Shown piece by piece: positions 22,485 to 35,162 of a DNA stretch of 44,829 bases. The translations under genes were made by a program, and so were the position numbers. Source of the stretch: Cercozoa sp. M6MM (lineage: Eukaryota > Protista > Endomyxa: Ascetosporea); NCBI GenBank assembly GCA_040357565.1, contig JBDODJ010000085.1; one strand, written 5' to 3'. The notes beneath the pieces were generated by a model, which was given only the letters and a program-made list of their open reading frames with translations, was not told where the DNA came from and did no database searches. How positions within the stretch are numbered: the stretch's first letter is position 1; each line of letters begins with the position of its first letter.

Positions 22485-22761
22485 GAAGAATCAAGATATT
22501 TTTAACGCACACCAGGCCGATCGCGCTTATTTTAACGCTCCGCAACTCACAGTAACTTAGGCACAATGCCTCTACAAATAAAACCTGCTATCTTAGTTGT
22601 GCTGACCAAACAAAATCTATTTTTTGGATCAAGGTTTTCGGCTCAAAAATTGGGCCGCCCGAAAGGGGTGGGTTCCCCAACTGTTGCTGCGCTGTGTGTC
22701 CCCCAACTCACTCTCAGCTCACTTGCGTCTTGTCTGTCTGCTTGCTGACTCGCGTTGAAAT

Positions 22762-23323
22762 TCAAATGCTGCCGGCGGAGCCGCCGCGCGGAAGAAGTCG
22801 CGTCCGAAACTCGGTAAAGTCGAGTCGTTCGGGTGCACCTTCGAAGGCCTTCTCCACCTAGGAAACCAACAACAAAAATAAAGACATATCAGAGAATAGA
22901 GCGGAAAGTACATCTTCAGCGTTCATGCGGTCGCCCGTGGTGATGAGCAAGTGCTTGAGTCGGTTCAGCAGGACGAAGCCGTTCTCGTTGAGGATGTCGA
23001 AGGACTGGCGAATCTCGTCCTCCGGGTTCGGCAGTCGGCTGATGGTCTTCTGGTAGAGAGTGTTGAACACGGCGAAGCTGATTCTATGCTGCGATCGCAC
23101 GGCATTGACGATGGCCTCGCCCTGCTCGTTCGTGATGGCAACGCCCAGCGCTCGAAACACATCAGGAAGCCGCTGCACGTCCAGCATGCCCTGGCAACAC
23201 AACCAAAGTATACACGTCTGGGCGCCCTTCCTCAACTAAGGTGAAAGCTACGTTTTCACTGAAAAACTGGAAGGCCTCCTCCAACTCAGCCACGGGAGCT
23301 TGGTACGCCACCTGGCCAGTCAT
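22762..23323 (-). CDS. Small calmodulin / myosin light chain-like EF-hand protein with degenerate loops
   Basis: MTGQVAYQAPVAELEEAFQFFSEN|GMLDVQRLPDVFRALGVAITNEQ...ISFAVF...EDEIRQSFDILNENGFVLLNRLKHLLITTGDRMNAED|VEKAFEGAPERLDFTEFRTRLLPRGGSAGSI*; two introns. Confidence 0.85.
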
Positions 23324-24212
23324 CTTGCTTTTTTCGTTACTTCTCTGTCTTGAAAGCGCCCCAAAACGATAGACACCTGCAGTGCACTCTACAGAGCTCC
23401 GATGCTAAATTGAACGCACTCGAGTCTGTGCAGGCACAAGATACGCCTTGTTGAAGGAACGATTTTGTGGCTCAGACTCCTGACTCTGGACCTGGCTCCC
23501 GGCGAAAAAACACATGTTTTCTCGCACTGTGCACGTTTTGCAGACATTTGGCGGCAGGGATTGGTTAGAAGTACTACTTTGCGTCTGCAACTCAAGGAAT
23601 TGTGCTATACGATGACGACGCTCGGAGTTTGGGCCTGTCTGCGGCTCTTTTTTGTTCTGCAGCTTTTGCTGCCGGTGAAACTCGCTCGACACAGGCAGAT
23701 CAGCTCCTTAACGATTCTTCCAGACGCACAGAAAAATGCCACAGTGTCTGTTGAGGCGCCACTCGATGGGAATTGCAACCGGGGACTGGGCAGGTTGGTC
23801 TCGTGGCCTGACGCTGGCATGCGCGAGTGAGACCCCACGCCGCCAGCTCGGGAAACACTCATTCTCGCTCACTTCGCGCGTCTACCGGCGTAACGAGCAG
23901 TCTAAGGTGTCATCCACGCGCCTAAACGGCACGTTTCGTCTCGCGTGACCCGTAATTCCCGCTTTCGCACGCGTCACCCCGCGATATAGTTTTTCTTTTG
24001 CTTTTGCTGTCGGGTGTGTGTCACTCGGCACGCAGCTTTTGTGCGTTCCTGCGCTATTCGAGCTTCAGTCGGTTTGCTATTGTGCGAGAGAGCGTAGTGT
24101 TCTCAAACAATGCCAAAAGCGAGCTGTTCTTTTCTCTAGCGCTAGGGTTTTGATCAATTGAAGTTGCTCAAGAACGAACTCACGAGTTTGTTCTTGTTGG
24201 GCGTAGGCGGAG

Positions 24213-25893
24213 ATGCCGCGCGCACCAACGGAAAACATTCCGCGGTCGATAAGAGTTGTTGACGAGCGATATTCCGTCAAGAGCGAGCTAGGCAAGGGCT
24301 CATTCGGCGCAGTGTTTCTCGGCCAGTCGCGCAACACGGGCGACAACGTTGCGCTCAAGTTTGAATCCATCCAAGTGCGCTCCAAGCAAGTAAGTGTTTC
24401 TCTTGTTTGCAACCACGGGGTTCAATCCTTTGCTTGCATCTCTATCTGGAACTGAACCGCACAGCTCGAGAAGGAGTATCGTCTGTTCCGCGAATTCTAC
24501 GAACGTGCTCGACAGAATGATGTGCTGTTGCGCACACCGCGCGTTCTCTACTTTGGCGAACTGCAAGAAGTACTGCAACTCTCCTATGTAGTGTTCTTCA
24601 AGTTTCGATAGAATCCAATTTCCATTTTAGTACAACTTCATGTCGATGACTCTTCTTGGACCGAGTCTCGAAAACCTGTTCGAAAAGTGCCGCCGAAAGT
24701 TCACTTTGCGCACCGTAGATTTGCCTTTAGTTTTTTTCTTTGACTTTGACCATGGAATTTATATGTTGTTTCCGCAGGTGCTGATGCTCGGCGATCAGAT
24801 GCTGTCGTGCATGCAGTTTGTGCACGATAATGGGTACATGATTTTTTGTCTTTGTGTATGTACGAACGTCTACTGTCTACGCTTAGCTACCTGCACCGCG
24901 ACCTGAAACCGAACAATTTCTGCGTCGGACTCGACGACAATGAGCGCAACTTTGTTTATGTAATTGATTTCGGTCTCGCCAAGCCGTACCTGCTTGAGGT
25001 ACAGCATTCACTGTGTGTTTTCTGGTGCTATTTAGAACGACCGTGAGTTTGTATGCGTGTGTTAGGACGGTGCGCACATTCCACTGACCGAAGGAAGGTC
25101 CATGGTGGGAACAGCGCGGTACGCACCCGTAGCGTCGCACATCGGTCGAGAGCAGGTATTGTTTGCACTGCCTCCAACCTCTCTCGACGCGTTTGATACG
25201 AGAGGATATCCACACAGGGACGACGAGATGAGTTGGAGTCGCTTCTGTTCATCCTGGTGTACTTTCTTAAAGGCAAGCTGCCGTGGCAAGGTATCTTACA
25301 TTCTCTTTTCTAAGATGAAACTGTTTCAGTTGCTTGATAAAGGACTGCCGGCCAAGAATCACCGCGAAAAGAACGAAAAAATCACGCAAACCAAGCGCAC
25401 CACCACGACTGCGCAGCTTTGTGAAGGGTACACTCTGCTTTGACATTGTGTGCCTCCGTGTGAACGAATCTTCTGGTGAGTGCGCAGATTGCCTGCGGAG
25501 TTTGTGGAACTGTTGCGATACGTGCGTCACTTGGTTCGTTGTTCCTCTCTTCGCACCTTTCACTGACCAGTGTGTATCCTCTGATGTGTCAATTCACTGT
25601 GATCAGAAGTTTACGGAGCGTCCGAACTACGCGAGCATGCGGCGAAAACTTGCGCGTCTCTTTGCTCGCAAGCGCTACTTTGAGCGTCCATTGTTCGACT
25701 GGGAAGATCTCGACTTTGATGTACAGTCCATCTGTTTTTTTTTGTTGTTGAAGTGTTCAGGATTAATTGTAACCTTCCGTGTTGTGAGCAGTTGTCGGGT
25801 CTCGGGGAGTACGACGCCCAGACACAGAAGCAGCAGGCAGCTGCACGAAACGCAAAACTCGAGATTGTGCGACACGCTCGGTATCGAGTCTGT

Positions 25894-25945
<52 letters not shown>

Positions 25946-25955
25946 NNNNNNNNNN

Positions 25956-26004
<49 letters not shown>

Positions 26005-26550
26005 ACTTGTCTGTATTTTCACAGGGAGATCTTCACGAACAGTCGCACGGTGAACAACGTGCATCCGAGTGCCAGCAAGACAGGCGCGCGTTCTGGTAGA
26101 TTGAGTCAAACTGCACGCGCATGCTTGTTTGAGTCACTCGCTTCGAGAGGCATTTTTGGTTCAGGCATGACAGGCACGCCGCAGTCGACAACGACATCGT
26201 CGTCCAGCGACGCTGGCTTTCGTATGTCCCACCTTGTGTCCTGTGCCTGCGTGGCGTGTGAATGAACCCTTGCCGACAGGGAGATTTCCTCGAGAAGATC
26301 AAGCCGGTTTATATCGGTCGGGGAGTGGCGGTGGCACCGGGGGAGCCACTCCTCCACGCACCGGCTTCGGACACGCAGGACATGCAGAGGTAGGCCTTTC
26401 TGTGCCCAAGTACAGGCGTTGTGTATGAGTGTGTGTGTGTGTGTGTTGTGCAGGTCGCAGGGTATGCCGGTCAACGCGTGCGCGCACGCAGCACGAGTTT
26501 CCCTTCGTCCTCTTCGTCTCGACGGCGGTACGTGATACATACACATCTAT

Positions 26551-26581
<31 letters not shown>

Positions 26582-27372
26582 ATATATATATATATATATG
26601 TATATCAATACATGTATGGATATGCATGGATTTATGTGTATTGATGGGGGTGACTGTGGAATAGGAGAGCGACAGGCGACCCGCGAATCCGCAGCACGGC
26701 AAGACTCGCGAGCTCCTCGACGTCGCGCGTTGCCGTCAATGGTTTCTCAGCTTTGTCTCTCCTTGAGTCTTTGGTGTGGTCACATGAGAGAACTGCTGTT
26801 TAGGGAGGGGAGGAGCACCGGTGCAGTACCAGTACCAACAACAACAACAGCAGAAACACGCACATGGATACAGTGCCATGCAACAAGTACAACTATTATT
26901 GATTGGGGTCTGGGGGGGGGGGGGGGTAGTTTGTGATCTCTTGCACTCTCGCAGGAAGCACCGGTACCCGCTGCGCTCGCTCGGCGCTCCTCGCGACATC
27001 AAGCGGCGGCGGCTAAGTAAGCTTCTCTTTTGTGTCTATGTGTGCTCTCTTGTGTATGGGTGAGTGCAAGTGCAGTCGAGTGATGGACATGGAACCCTTG
27101 CTGCACGACACGCGTGCCACTTCCAGGTATGCTCTCATTGGATGCATATGCTCACGTGTGTACGTGTGTATGAGTTTATTGTATTTGTGTGCAGTGGGCA
27201 CTACGTCAACGCCGTGGCACACGAGTACCAAGCACAACGACAGCGACGCCGCAGCTCGCGCGCACGGCACCACACGAAACCGCACGCACACCACACGCGC
27301 ACGCACTCGCAGATGCGCTCGTGCACATCAAAGAAGAAAAAGAAGAAGGACACTACGTGCCTAATTATGTGA
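24213..27372 (+). CDS. Casein kinase 1 family Ser/Thr kinase with long low-complexity tail and C-terminal polybasic-CaaX
   Basis: [73 protein letters not shown]. Eighteen GT-AG introns keep the frame to ...[15 protein letters not shown]. Confidence 0.93.
25893..26001. repeat. (TG)n microsatellite with an internal 10-N gap in a CK1 intron
   Basis: TG run on both sides of the N stretch. Confidence 0.95.
26548..26600. repeat. (TA)n microsatellite in a CK1 intron
   Basis: TA run with one interruption. Confidence 0.9.
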
Positions 27373-27843
27373 CTCGACTGCTGATGTTGGGGCGGCGTTT
27401 TCAGTTCAATTATTTTTTACCTTTTTTGTTTCAGTTTAGTTTCAGTTTTCTGTTTTTCCCCGTCCGCTTCAGGTTCGCTCCGATTTCCTCCCCCGGCCCG
27501 CCTTAGGACTGTAACCTGTTGGTGCCAGAATCTCAGTGAATAAGTGGATCGACTCAAGCACCGGTCTCAGTCGCCGGATGAAATGAGGTACCATTTGCAT
27601 CCGTGTACTATTTGCGGCGAGATCAGATCAATGGGATTTTCTCTCAGTCAGCCGTTGCATCCATCATTGTCAAAGACACTTGTTTGCAGCGTTTTTGGTG
27701 TTTAACTGCAACTGTGTTCCCTTTTTGCAACACATCTTGAAGTCAAAAGTCATCAATTTACGCTGTCAAGAGAGAGTGGAAACCAACGGTCAGAACTAAA
27801 GCTGGTGTGAACTGATAGCGGCCGTGTGACTGAGACCTTCGCG

Positions 27844-30800
27844 ATGAAACTGCTGTCTCGCCTCTCAGTCGCATTGCTTTTGCCCGTGCGTGCAGTGGTA
27901 GTGAACCCACAGGCAGAACCCATCAAGCGCGGTAACATCATCATCTATGCCTTCCTAGTACCACGCTAGGGAGCATTGTTGTGGTTTGTTGTTTAGCTGC
28001 TATCGTGCAAACTGGCGATTATGAGCGCTTCCTTGTGTGGGATGCGAAACGTGCGCCAGAGGTGGACTTGGATTTGTACTGGGAAACCTACATTGGACGG
28101 CCCGTAGAAGCGGTGTGTTCACTGTTAGTTCGCTGATCCTGTGCATGGAAACCGATATGTGCTTGACAGGTGATCCGTGACCTCTCGACGCACACTAGTC
28201 ATCAAAAGACCTTCCGTTGTGAGAACTTTGATCAAGTGGGCTACATGGGAGTATCCCATCAGGACTTAGTGGAAGAGTTCACCGGTCTCAAGTTCACATG
28301 TGCTCGACGCTTGACGACCGAGGACCTCGGAAGGGATGATCAGGAATACGAGATCGAAGTCTGTATGTTCACTCCGATTCCGTCGATGCAATGTAGATGT
28401 GGTATCCACAATGGTGTAGACAACCGAGGCGACGAGAAACTTGCAGATGGCAGTTATAGCTACTCACTTCCCAAGACGTTTTTCAGCTATCAGCTTGCCT
28501 ACCCTCCGTATGGTATACAAGTTCTCTTTACCCTAAACTTCTCTTGCTTTGTTCCTCGACGTTCCTTCCGTGCCTGTTGACAGAGCCACGATTCGACGTT
28601 GTGACACTGGGACCAAAGGCATTCGAAGTCCGCTACTACCACGACACCACTGATCATCACTTCGTCTCGTTCGACATCAATGTACAGTTTACACGTTCGT
28701 ATCCTGGTTTCAGCTTATAAGTACGCTGTCACAAAACCCTGGGTCTGTTTTAGACACACGTGAGAAACCTCTACGTGGACATCAATGATGACACCAGTGC
28801 TGTCATGCGTTCCAAGCGGGTAATTGTCTCAAACGAAGTGTCTATTTAAATTATCTGAAACCCACAAAAGTATGTGTCGTACTTACTTAGATCACGGTGA
28901 GACATTACTACGACACATTAATAAGCGGTGAGTACTTGCACGTCGAGCGCTTTGAAGGACGTCCCTTCCCTGCCAACAACAGTATCGAGGTGCAGCACCA
29001 AGCAGCAGTCGGCTCGTACGCGCCCTCTTCACAGAGCGCCTTCGTGCCGTCACGCAACCGTCCGGGCACGTTCTCTATCGTGTCAGCAGAGTACTTCCCA
29101 GCCCCAGTGGACGAGACGTTCGACATTGTTCGCATGAAGGATGCTGGAGTCTTCAATTTCACGTGGAGTGCGCACGATGCACAGGTAAAATTACAGTTTA
29201 CAATTATTCACCCCAGTATCGATTAAACCCAAACCTCACACTCTCCGGTAGAATGGAGAGGTGTTGGCAAGCAAGTACTGGCTGCAATACAAGAGCTTGG
29301 TGGCACCCGACGATATCCGCGAAGGCACGGTGCGTCTGCCAAGCTACACCGTGGGTGCTGACGGCAAGCACCACTTCGTCGGTCACATTCCGGAAGTACC
29401 CTATGGCACCAGGTATGTTATTTTAAGCCTAATGTACTGCGTCAAGTGTGTACTGTATGTGACCGTGGTTTCTGCAGGACGGAGTTCTCTCTCACAGCTG
29501 TCAATGATATGGGCAACACGACGACCGATCCGTCCAAAAGCGTCATAATCGGCACGCGCCCGCTTCCTGTCAGAGTGAGTTTTTTTTTGTTCCTTTCATC
29601 CTTGTCACCCACCTACTTATTTTTACCTTGCTGCACCCCAGGACTTGAAGTACGCGGTCATCGACAGCGGCAACAACGAAAATGTCACAGTAACACCTGA
29701 TTTCAATTTACTCGCGTGTACATTCACAATTAACTTTCTGTTCAACAGGTGCTAGTTACATGGGAAGAGTCGCTCTTTTTGGGAACCGGTCGACGCGATG
29801 CGCACTATGTCGTGTATGTTGCTTTCTGAGTGGAAGAATTCGTTCGTATGTGCTCATGTTTGTGTGCATGTGCGGCAGCCACTCTGTGGAGCAAAGCGAG
29901 ACACGCTGGTATCCTGCCTCCCAAAAGAGCGCAAGCTTCGTTGTGCCGGTCTACACGGAGGTGCTGTTCGAAGTCAAAGTGTGCAATAACATGCTCCTGT
30001 GCATGGCAAACCAAGTTCGGGTATCGCAGTTTCTCAGAGTAATTTATTATATGCCTATTTTCCCTCTTTTGCCTCCAGGGCTTCATAAAACAACCCGAAG
30101 AACCCGTAGCCGCCCCGTTGCTGCACAACCTGACTGCACTGCAGCCGTATGGACTTACCGTGTCCTGGGAGACCGTACCTCTCGCAGACCGGTATCAAAG
30201 CCTCCAGTCGAGATACATTTCTGGAAGTGCTGTTCACATGCGTAGGTACCTCGTTCAAGTACGCCAGTTCGACACCGAGGAATGGAACTCGCAAACAGTG
30301 CGCATCGGCAACGACACCAACATGACGATGCAGACGCAACTGCACAACCTCAGCCTCGGCGTTCACGAAGTGCGCGTCGCAGGTAATCGTCCGCTTAAGC
30401 CAGTATCTCAGTACTCAGTAGAGTACCGTGACTCCTTGACTATCCATTTGAGCAGGAGTTCGAATTTCAGTGATTGGAAATTTCACGAGCAGCATGTTTG
30501 AAGAGGTACTCGACTTGCCTCTGCCGCCTGTCCGAGTAAGCTCGATCTGACTAGATTCACATCCGTTTGCGTCGTGGGAACCGCTTATGTTTTGGCAGTT
30601 GTACGCTCGTCTGGCAGACGACGCCGAGTCGGTAAATTCGCACCACAACCTGAGAACTGCGTAGTCTAGTCTGATACGGCTCAAATATTGTGTTTGTCGG
30701 TAGCTCTCTGTCTACTGGAGTGGGTGCGATGACGACAAGACGCACGTGCAGTGGGAGGACACTGAGAACGGCGAATTCGTTGATGTGGTGAGAATGACCT

Positions 30801-31565
30801 CGCAGATTACTCCCAATTGTTTTCATGCACGTGTGTGTCGCGCAGGTGGTCGCCGACGTGGACGAAAGCAGCTTCCAGTTCAATGCCACCTTCGATGATA
30901 GCGTTGCCGATCGCTACCGCGTACGTGCAAGGTACCTCTGCCTAACATCATTTATTGTGCCAACTTAACTCTCTGTATGCGCACATGTGGTTAGTTGTGT
31001 CAATCCACTGGGTGAGTCCGCATGGAGCGACTGGACGTTCGCAGAGTTGTCGGTTGAGCGACAAATGCAGCTGTTGAAGGAGTCGATCAAATCGAGTCAA
31101 AGCCAAGATGCGACCGTCGAGGAGGAGGAGGCAGAAGAAAACGAAACGCAAGAGCAAGGAACTCCAGTAGCCATTCTAGCTGTAAGTTTGTTTTAGTGCG
31201 GAGGTTGTTGTGTTTGCACTCAATTAATGTGCTCAGATGTTGGTTGCTCTGAGTGCAATGGTGGCTCTCTCGATCACTTACCTTGCCTGCCAGTACCGAC
31301 GGTAAGTTTCACTGTCAAACTGAAAGAATGACACAAATGGTACCCTCCCTATTTTTGCAGAAAGTCCAAAAACGACCTCGGTGACGAACTCGAAGGCACC
31401 GAGGTAGTTCGTCTTTGAAATACCCAGCCTAGCAAAACTGTTTGTGCTGCTTAGAACTCTCACAATGAAAGCCTGGACGTCGTGGAGCTTGAGGAGCAGT
31501 ATGAAATCGACATTGATTCAGCGAGTCCCATCGACTTCGCTCCTCCGCCACCCCCTCTGGAGTAA
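27844..31565 (+). CDS. Type I membrane protein with fibronectin type III-like repeats, acidic stalk and acidic/proline-rich tail
   Basis: Signal-like MKLLSRLSVALLLPVRA; FN3-like motifs LTVSWETVP...RYLVQVRQ...LHNLSLGVHEVRVA, FSLTAVNDMG, VLVTWE...FEVKVCN, YRVRA-CVNPLGESAWS; TM VAILA|MLVALSAMVALSITYLACQY then RRK; end EIDIDSASPIDFAPPPPPLE*. Many short introns; not every internal junction verified. Confidence 0.7.
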
Positions 31566-32338
31566 GCGGCAAGCAGTTCACTCCGTCGTCGACCAGTTCA
31601 TCCGTCGAACAAGTCGCGCAGGTGCTGCAATTCGCGCACACTCAGGCCGTCCCATGTCTCGTCCCGTCCCCATCAACGTCAAAGGAAACGGCATACTATC
31701 AAGACTATCGATGATCCAAATTTAGTACCGATTTCGACCAAAAACATCATGATCACATTGTCGTGTTAATTAACGTTTACTAACTGACCGTATCGATGCG
31801 TCAACTGACAAACCTGACTGAGTGAAATACCTTCCTGGATTTGCCGTAGCGACTAGAGCTACCGCCCAAGCTAGTTATAGCTACGCTAGGATACGGAAGC
31901 GACTGGAAAAAGGAAAGGACTCGAAGATACAGTACTGGATTCGATGCAGTTTTTGATAGTTTGTTCCGCTCAGTCGACCAGTCCAGGGTGGGGTTATGCA
32001 GTTTTTGGGACTTGTCTTGTCTTGCGCTCGCTGTGTTCTCAATCCCAAGCACTCGGCCCACAGCGCGTCATGTACCGAATTTTCGGGTTCAGCGCAGTTG
32101 TCGTGTTACGTTGGGTACTTTATGGATGAGCGACCGACGCAATGAGTTACGTATACCGCACGGTATACAATAGCACGGATGTGATGAACGAAGGGCATGA
32201 ACGAACGGAATGCGATGACAACCCGAAGCAACGCAACGCAATATTATCATGCATGTTCAGTTAAAACTAATATTGCTAGTACTCGGGTCGTCGGTAGAGA
32301 CGCCCATTAGGCGTTGACATCGCGTGCCTCTCTAAGTC

Positions 32339-34010
32339 TTAGGACGCTACTCCCTGGTGGAAAAGAAAGTCTTCACCGGCAGGGTCAATGAGTGCCACTG
32401 CGACACCTGCGAAACACCACAACCGACCGCACAGTACACACAGCACACAGCACACAAATTGTTCCCAAGCGAAGATAGGCACCCGAATGGCAGCGAAGGG
32501 TCCGAACATAACATCATCCGCCAGCAGGTACACTCCCTGCATACGATACACTAAAACTCAGCCATACAAACGGTTGTAAAAGAACTGAGCACCTCGTTCT
32601 CGAGGCAGCGCAGCGTAAGCGCGAGCACGCGCTGCTTCGGATCGCTCGCGAGGCACGCATGGCCGTCACCTGTTTCACAAACACAGAGAGATACCACTAG
32701 GCAGCACAGTCGCAAGTACGCAGCGAGATACCGGTGGGCGCGCCTTGGCATAGCTGTGCATGCATGTGCAGCCACGGCGACGACGGGTCCACGGCACTGC
32801 ACACAGGTCGCACAAACACAAGATGACGTCGCCACCTGCCGGCAAAAAAAAAAAGAACTCATGTGTACTTTTGACTTGAGTCGGAGGGACGAGGGACATT
32901 GCTCAATACCAACTGACGCAACTGAGCACAAAGTCACAAAATACGAGGTTATTCAGTGAGCTTTTTGTATTTGTTTTTTTGGCGATGAAAGCGAAAAAGA
33001 GCGAAAAAGAGTGAAAATACGTGAACGTTGCTATCGCGTAGTTCCCTTCTCTCCAGGTGTGCATCGCCGAACTCTGCTCTCAATCAGCACGTAACAGGTC
33101 CACTAAACTGCAGCAAACGCCAGATACCATGCTTATCTAGCAAATCAGCCGGCAGAAGCGAAACGTCCGCGCGGATACGACGGAACCCAAAATGACGATT
33201 TCGGACAGCCTAGTTTCAAAAACCAGAAAAAATAAGCCACACGAAAAATCAGTATTCGCAGAGGCTACCTCAGCAGGTGAGCAGCCGGCTCGCTCGGCAA
33301 ATCGTTGCGCTTCTGTCACGAGACCAACCTACTTGCAAAAAACCAATCATAAAAACTGACAAACAAAACTGACTCTTGTCAAAAATAAACCCCTTCGCAA
33401 ATTCCCAGAACTGCCAGTAACACTACAAGAACGAGAGCACCTGCATGTGCACGGCAAATGGGATGTCTCGGTCGGCACGCTCGTGCATCTGGTCCCTGAG
33501 CAGGCCTCGATTTTTTGGTGGAAAACAGAAAAGCAGTGGCAGACAAGCAGACAAGGTACGCACTGCGCCAGCACTCGATTCGCCACACGGTCACCGGCAG
33601 CGTCTGCTGCGCCGAACGAACATAGTCCTCTGTTCACGTGTGTTTGAACATATGACTCTGAGCGGAAGAGAGGGGGCGATAGCACTGTACACATTGCTTA
33701 CCGAGAAGACGGCGCTCTTGACGCGCAGTCATGGACAGAACAGGCACGCACTCGCGCAGTCGTTCCGAAGTTGTTTCCTGGACACACAAATACACAGACT
33801 ATCAACAGCACACAGGCAGCCGAACAGCGGCATAGTTAACCTCCAGGTCGAGGTCGAGTCGCGGCAGGAGGAACTCGGGAGAGCTCGCGAACGGCTCGAA
33901 TACTTGACGGTTGTACCAGTCTGTACACACACACACGAACATAAATATACCTATATATATATATATATATATATCTTTAGATTAAGGTTATATACGTATA
34001 CGTATACACG

Positions 34011-34052
<42 letters not shown>

Positions 34053-35106
34053 AATATGTATAGGCGGACTGAAGTACCATCCTGCCGCGCCAAGAAGGAG
34101 GCCAGATGACCGCGTTGCAGAGGTGCCACGTAGACGGCCAGGTCTAGTGGTAGTTCCTGTGGCACACACACGCACACTCTCTCCAACGCTACCCAGGATC
34201 ACACAGAGACTACCTCAGGCCGCTCCTGCATCTGCAGCAACTCCGGCTCCAGCGCCGCCAGCGCGTGCAGCAGCACGCTGAGTTGTTGATCGTCGCCCGT
34301 GACTGCAAGGTGACAGTAACCACACATGCACATATCGATATACACACAAACACCTACAACTCTACCTATATACAAACCTATACACATACTTACAACTCTA
34401 CCTACATACAAACCAATACATATACTCATATACACATATATACACCTGTGCAGAGATACTATACATAGAAACACCTATATACAGATAGACAGATACACAT
34501 ATAAATCGATAAATCTCCATATGTACACCAAGGCAAACGCACCTAGTATACGCACTAGCGGTCGCTGCTGCGTGCGCGTCTGTCGCGCGATGGCTTCGTG
34601 CAAGGCGCGGCTCAGCGAGGTCTGGGCCTGTCGTAGGGTAGCGGGACATATATACAGCTCTCTATATATATACATGTGTATAGAGAGAGAGAGAGAGTAC
34701 GACATGACTCGCTGCAGTGACGAGGTCGACAGTGTTGCTGTCTGCCTGGGCCAGCTGGGACATGTCGAGTTCCACAGTCTGGTAGCGTCGCCGCCGCTGC
34801 CGCGGGTTGTGCCGGTACACATGCGGCAGCAGTGCCTCGCCGTCCGCGCGGTCGTAGGACTCAATGTCACGCGGCGGCAGGAACTCCTTGTCACTCGCGA
34901 GCGACACGAACTCCACCGCCTTGACACGTGCGTCATGAGTGTCACCGTCGGTACACGCAGTGTCACCGTCAGTGTCAGTGTCGTCGTCACCGTCATCGAT
35001 GTCGTCACTCTCGCTATCGGCACCGTCGCTCTGCAAGAAACGCGTCAGTCGCCGCAGTGCCTCGGTCGTGTCACCCTGCGTCTCTGCGGACAAGCGAGTC
35101 AGAATA

Positions 35107-35162
<56 letters not shown>

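Noticed and set aside
17742-22647. Inverted 12-mer tttgagccgaaa / tttcggctcaaa as candidate TIRs around ALG10, the BRCT gene and the transposase
   Set aside because: It does not extend beyond 12 bp, shows no TSD, would enclose a housekeeping gene, and is plausible by chance over about 5 kb.
22652-22677. GC-rich hairpin with GAAA loop (gggccgcccgaaaggggtgggttccc)
   Set aside because: Short and bulged; not enough support to call an ncRNA or a transposon end.
25753-26099. ORFs with VCVCVC, THTHTH or YIYIYI peptides (also near 5800, 21350, 34000 and 35110)
   Set aside because: Translations of intronic microsatellites.
31726-32338. Possible snoRNA or small ORFs (gtgatga box-C-like motif; palindrome gtataccg-ca-cggtatac)
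   Set aside because: No convincing box D, terminal stem or coding signal; most likely convergent 3' UTRs.
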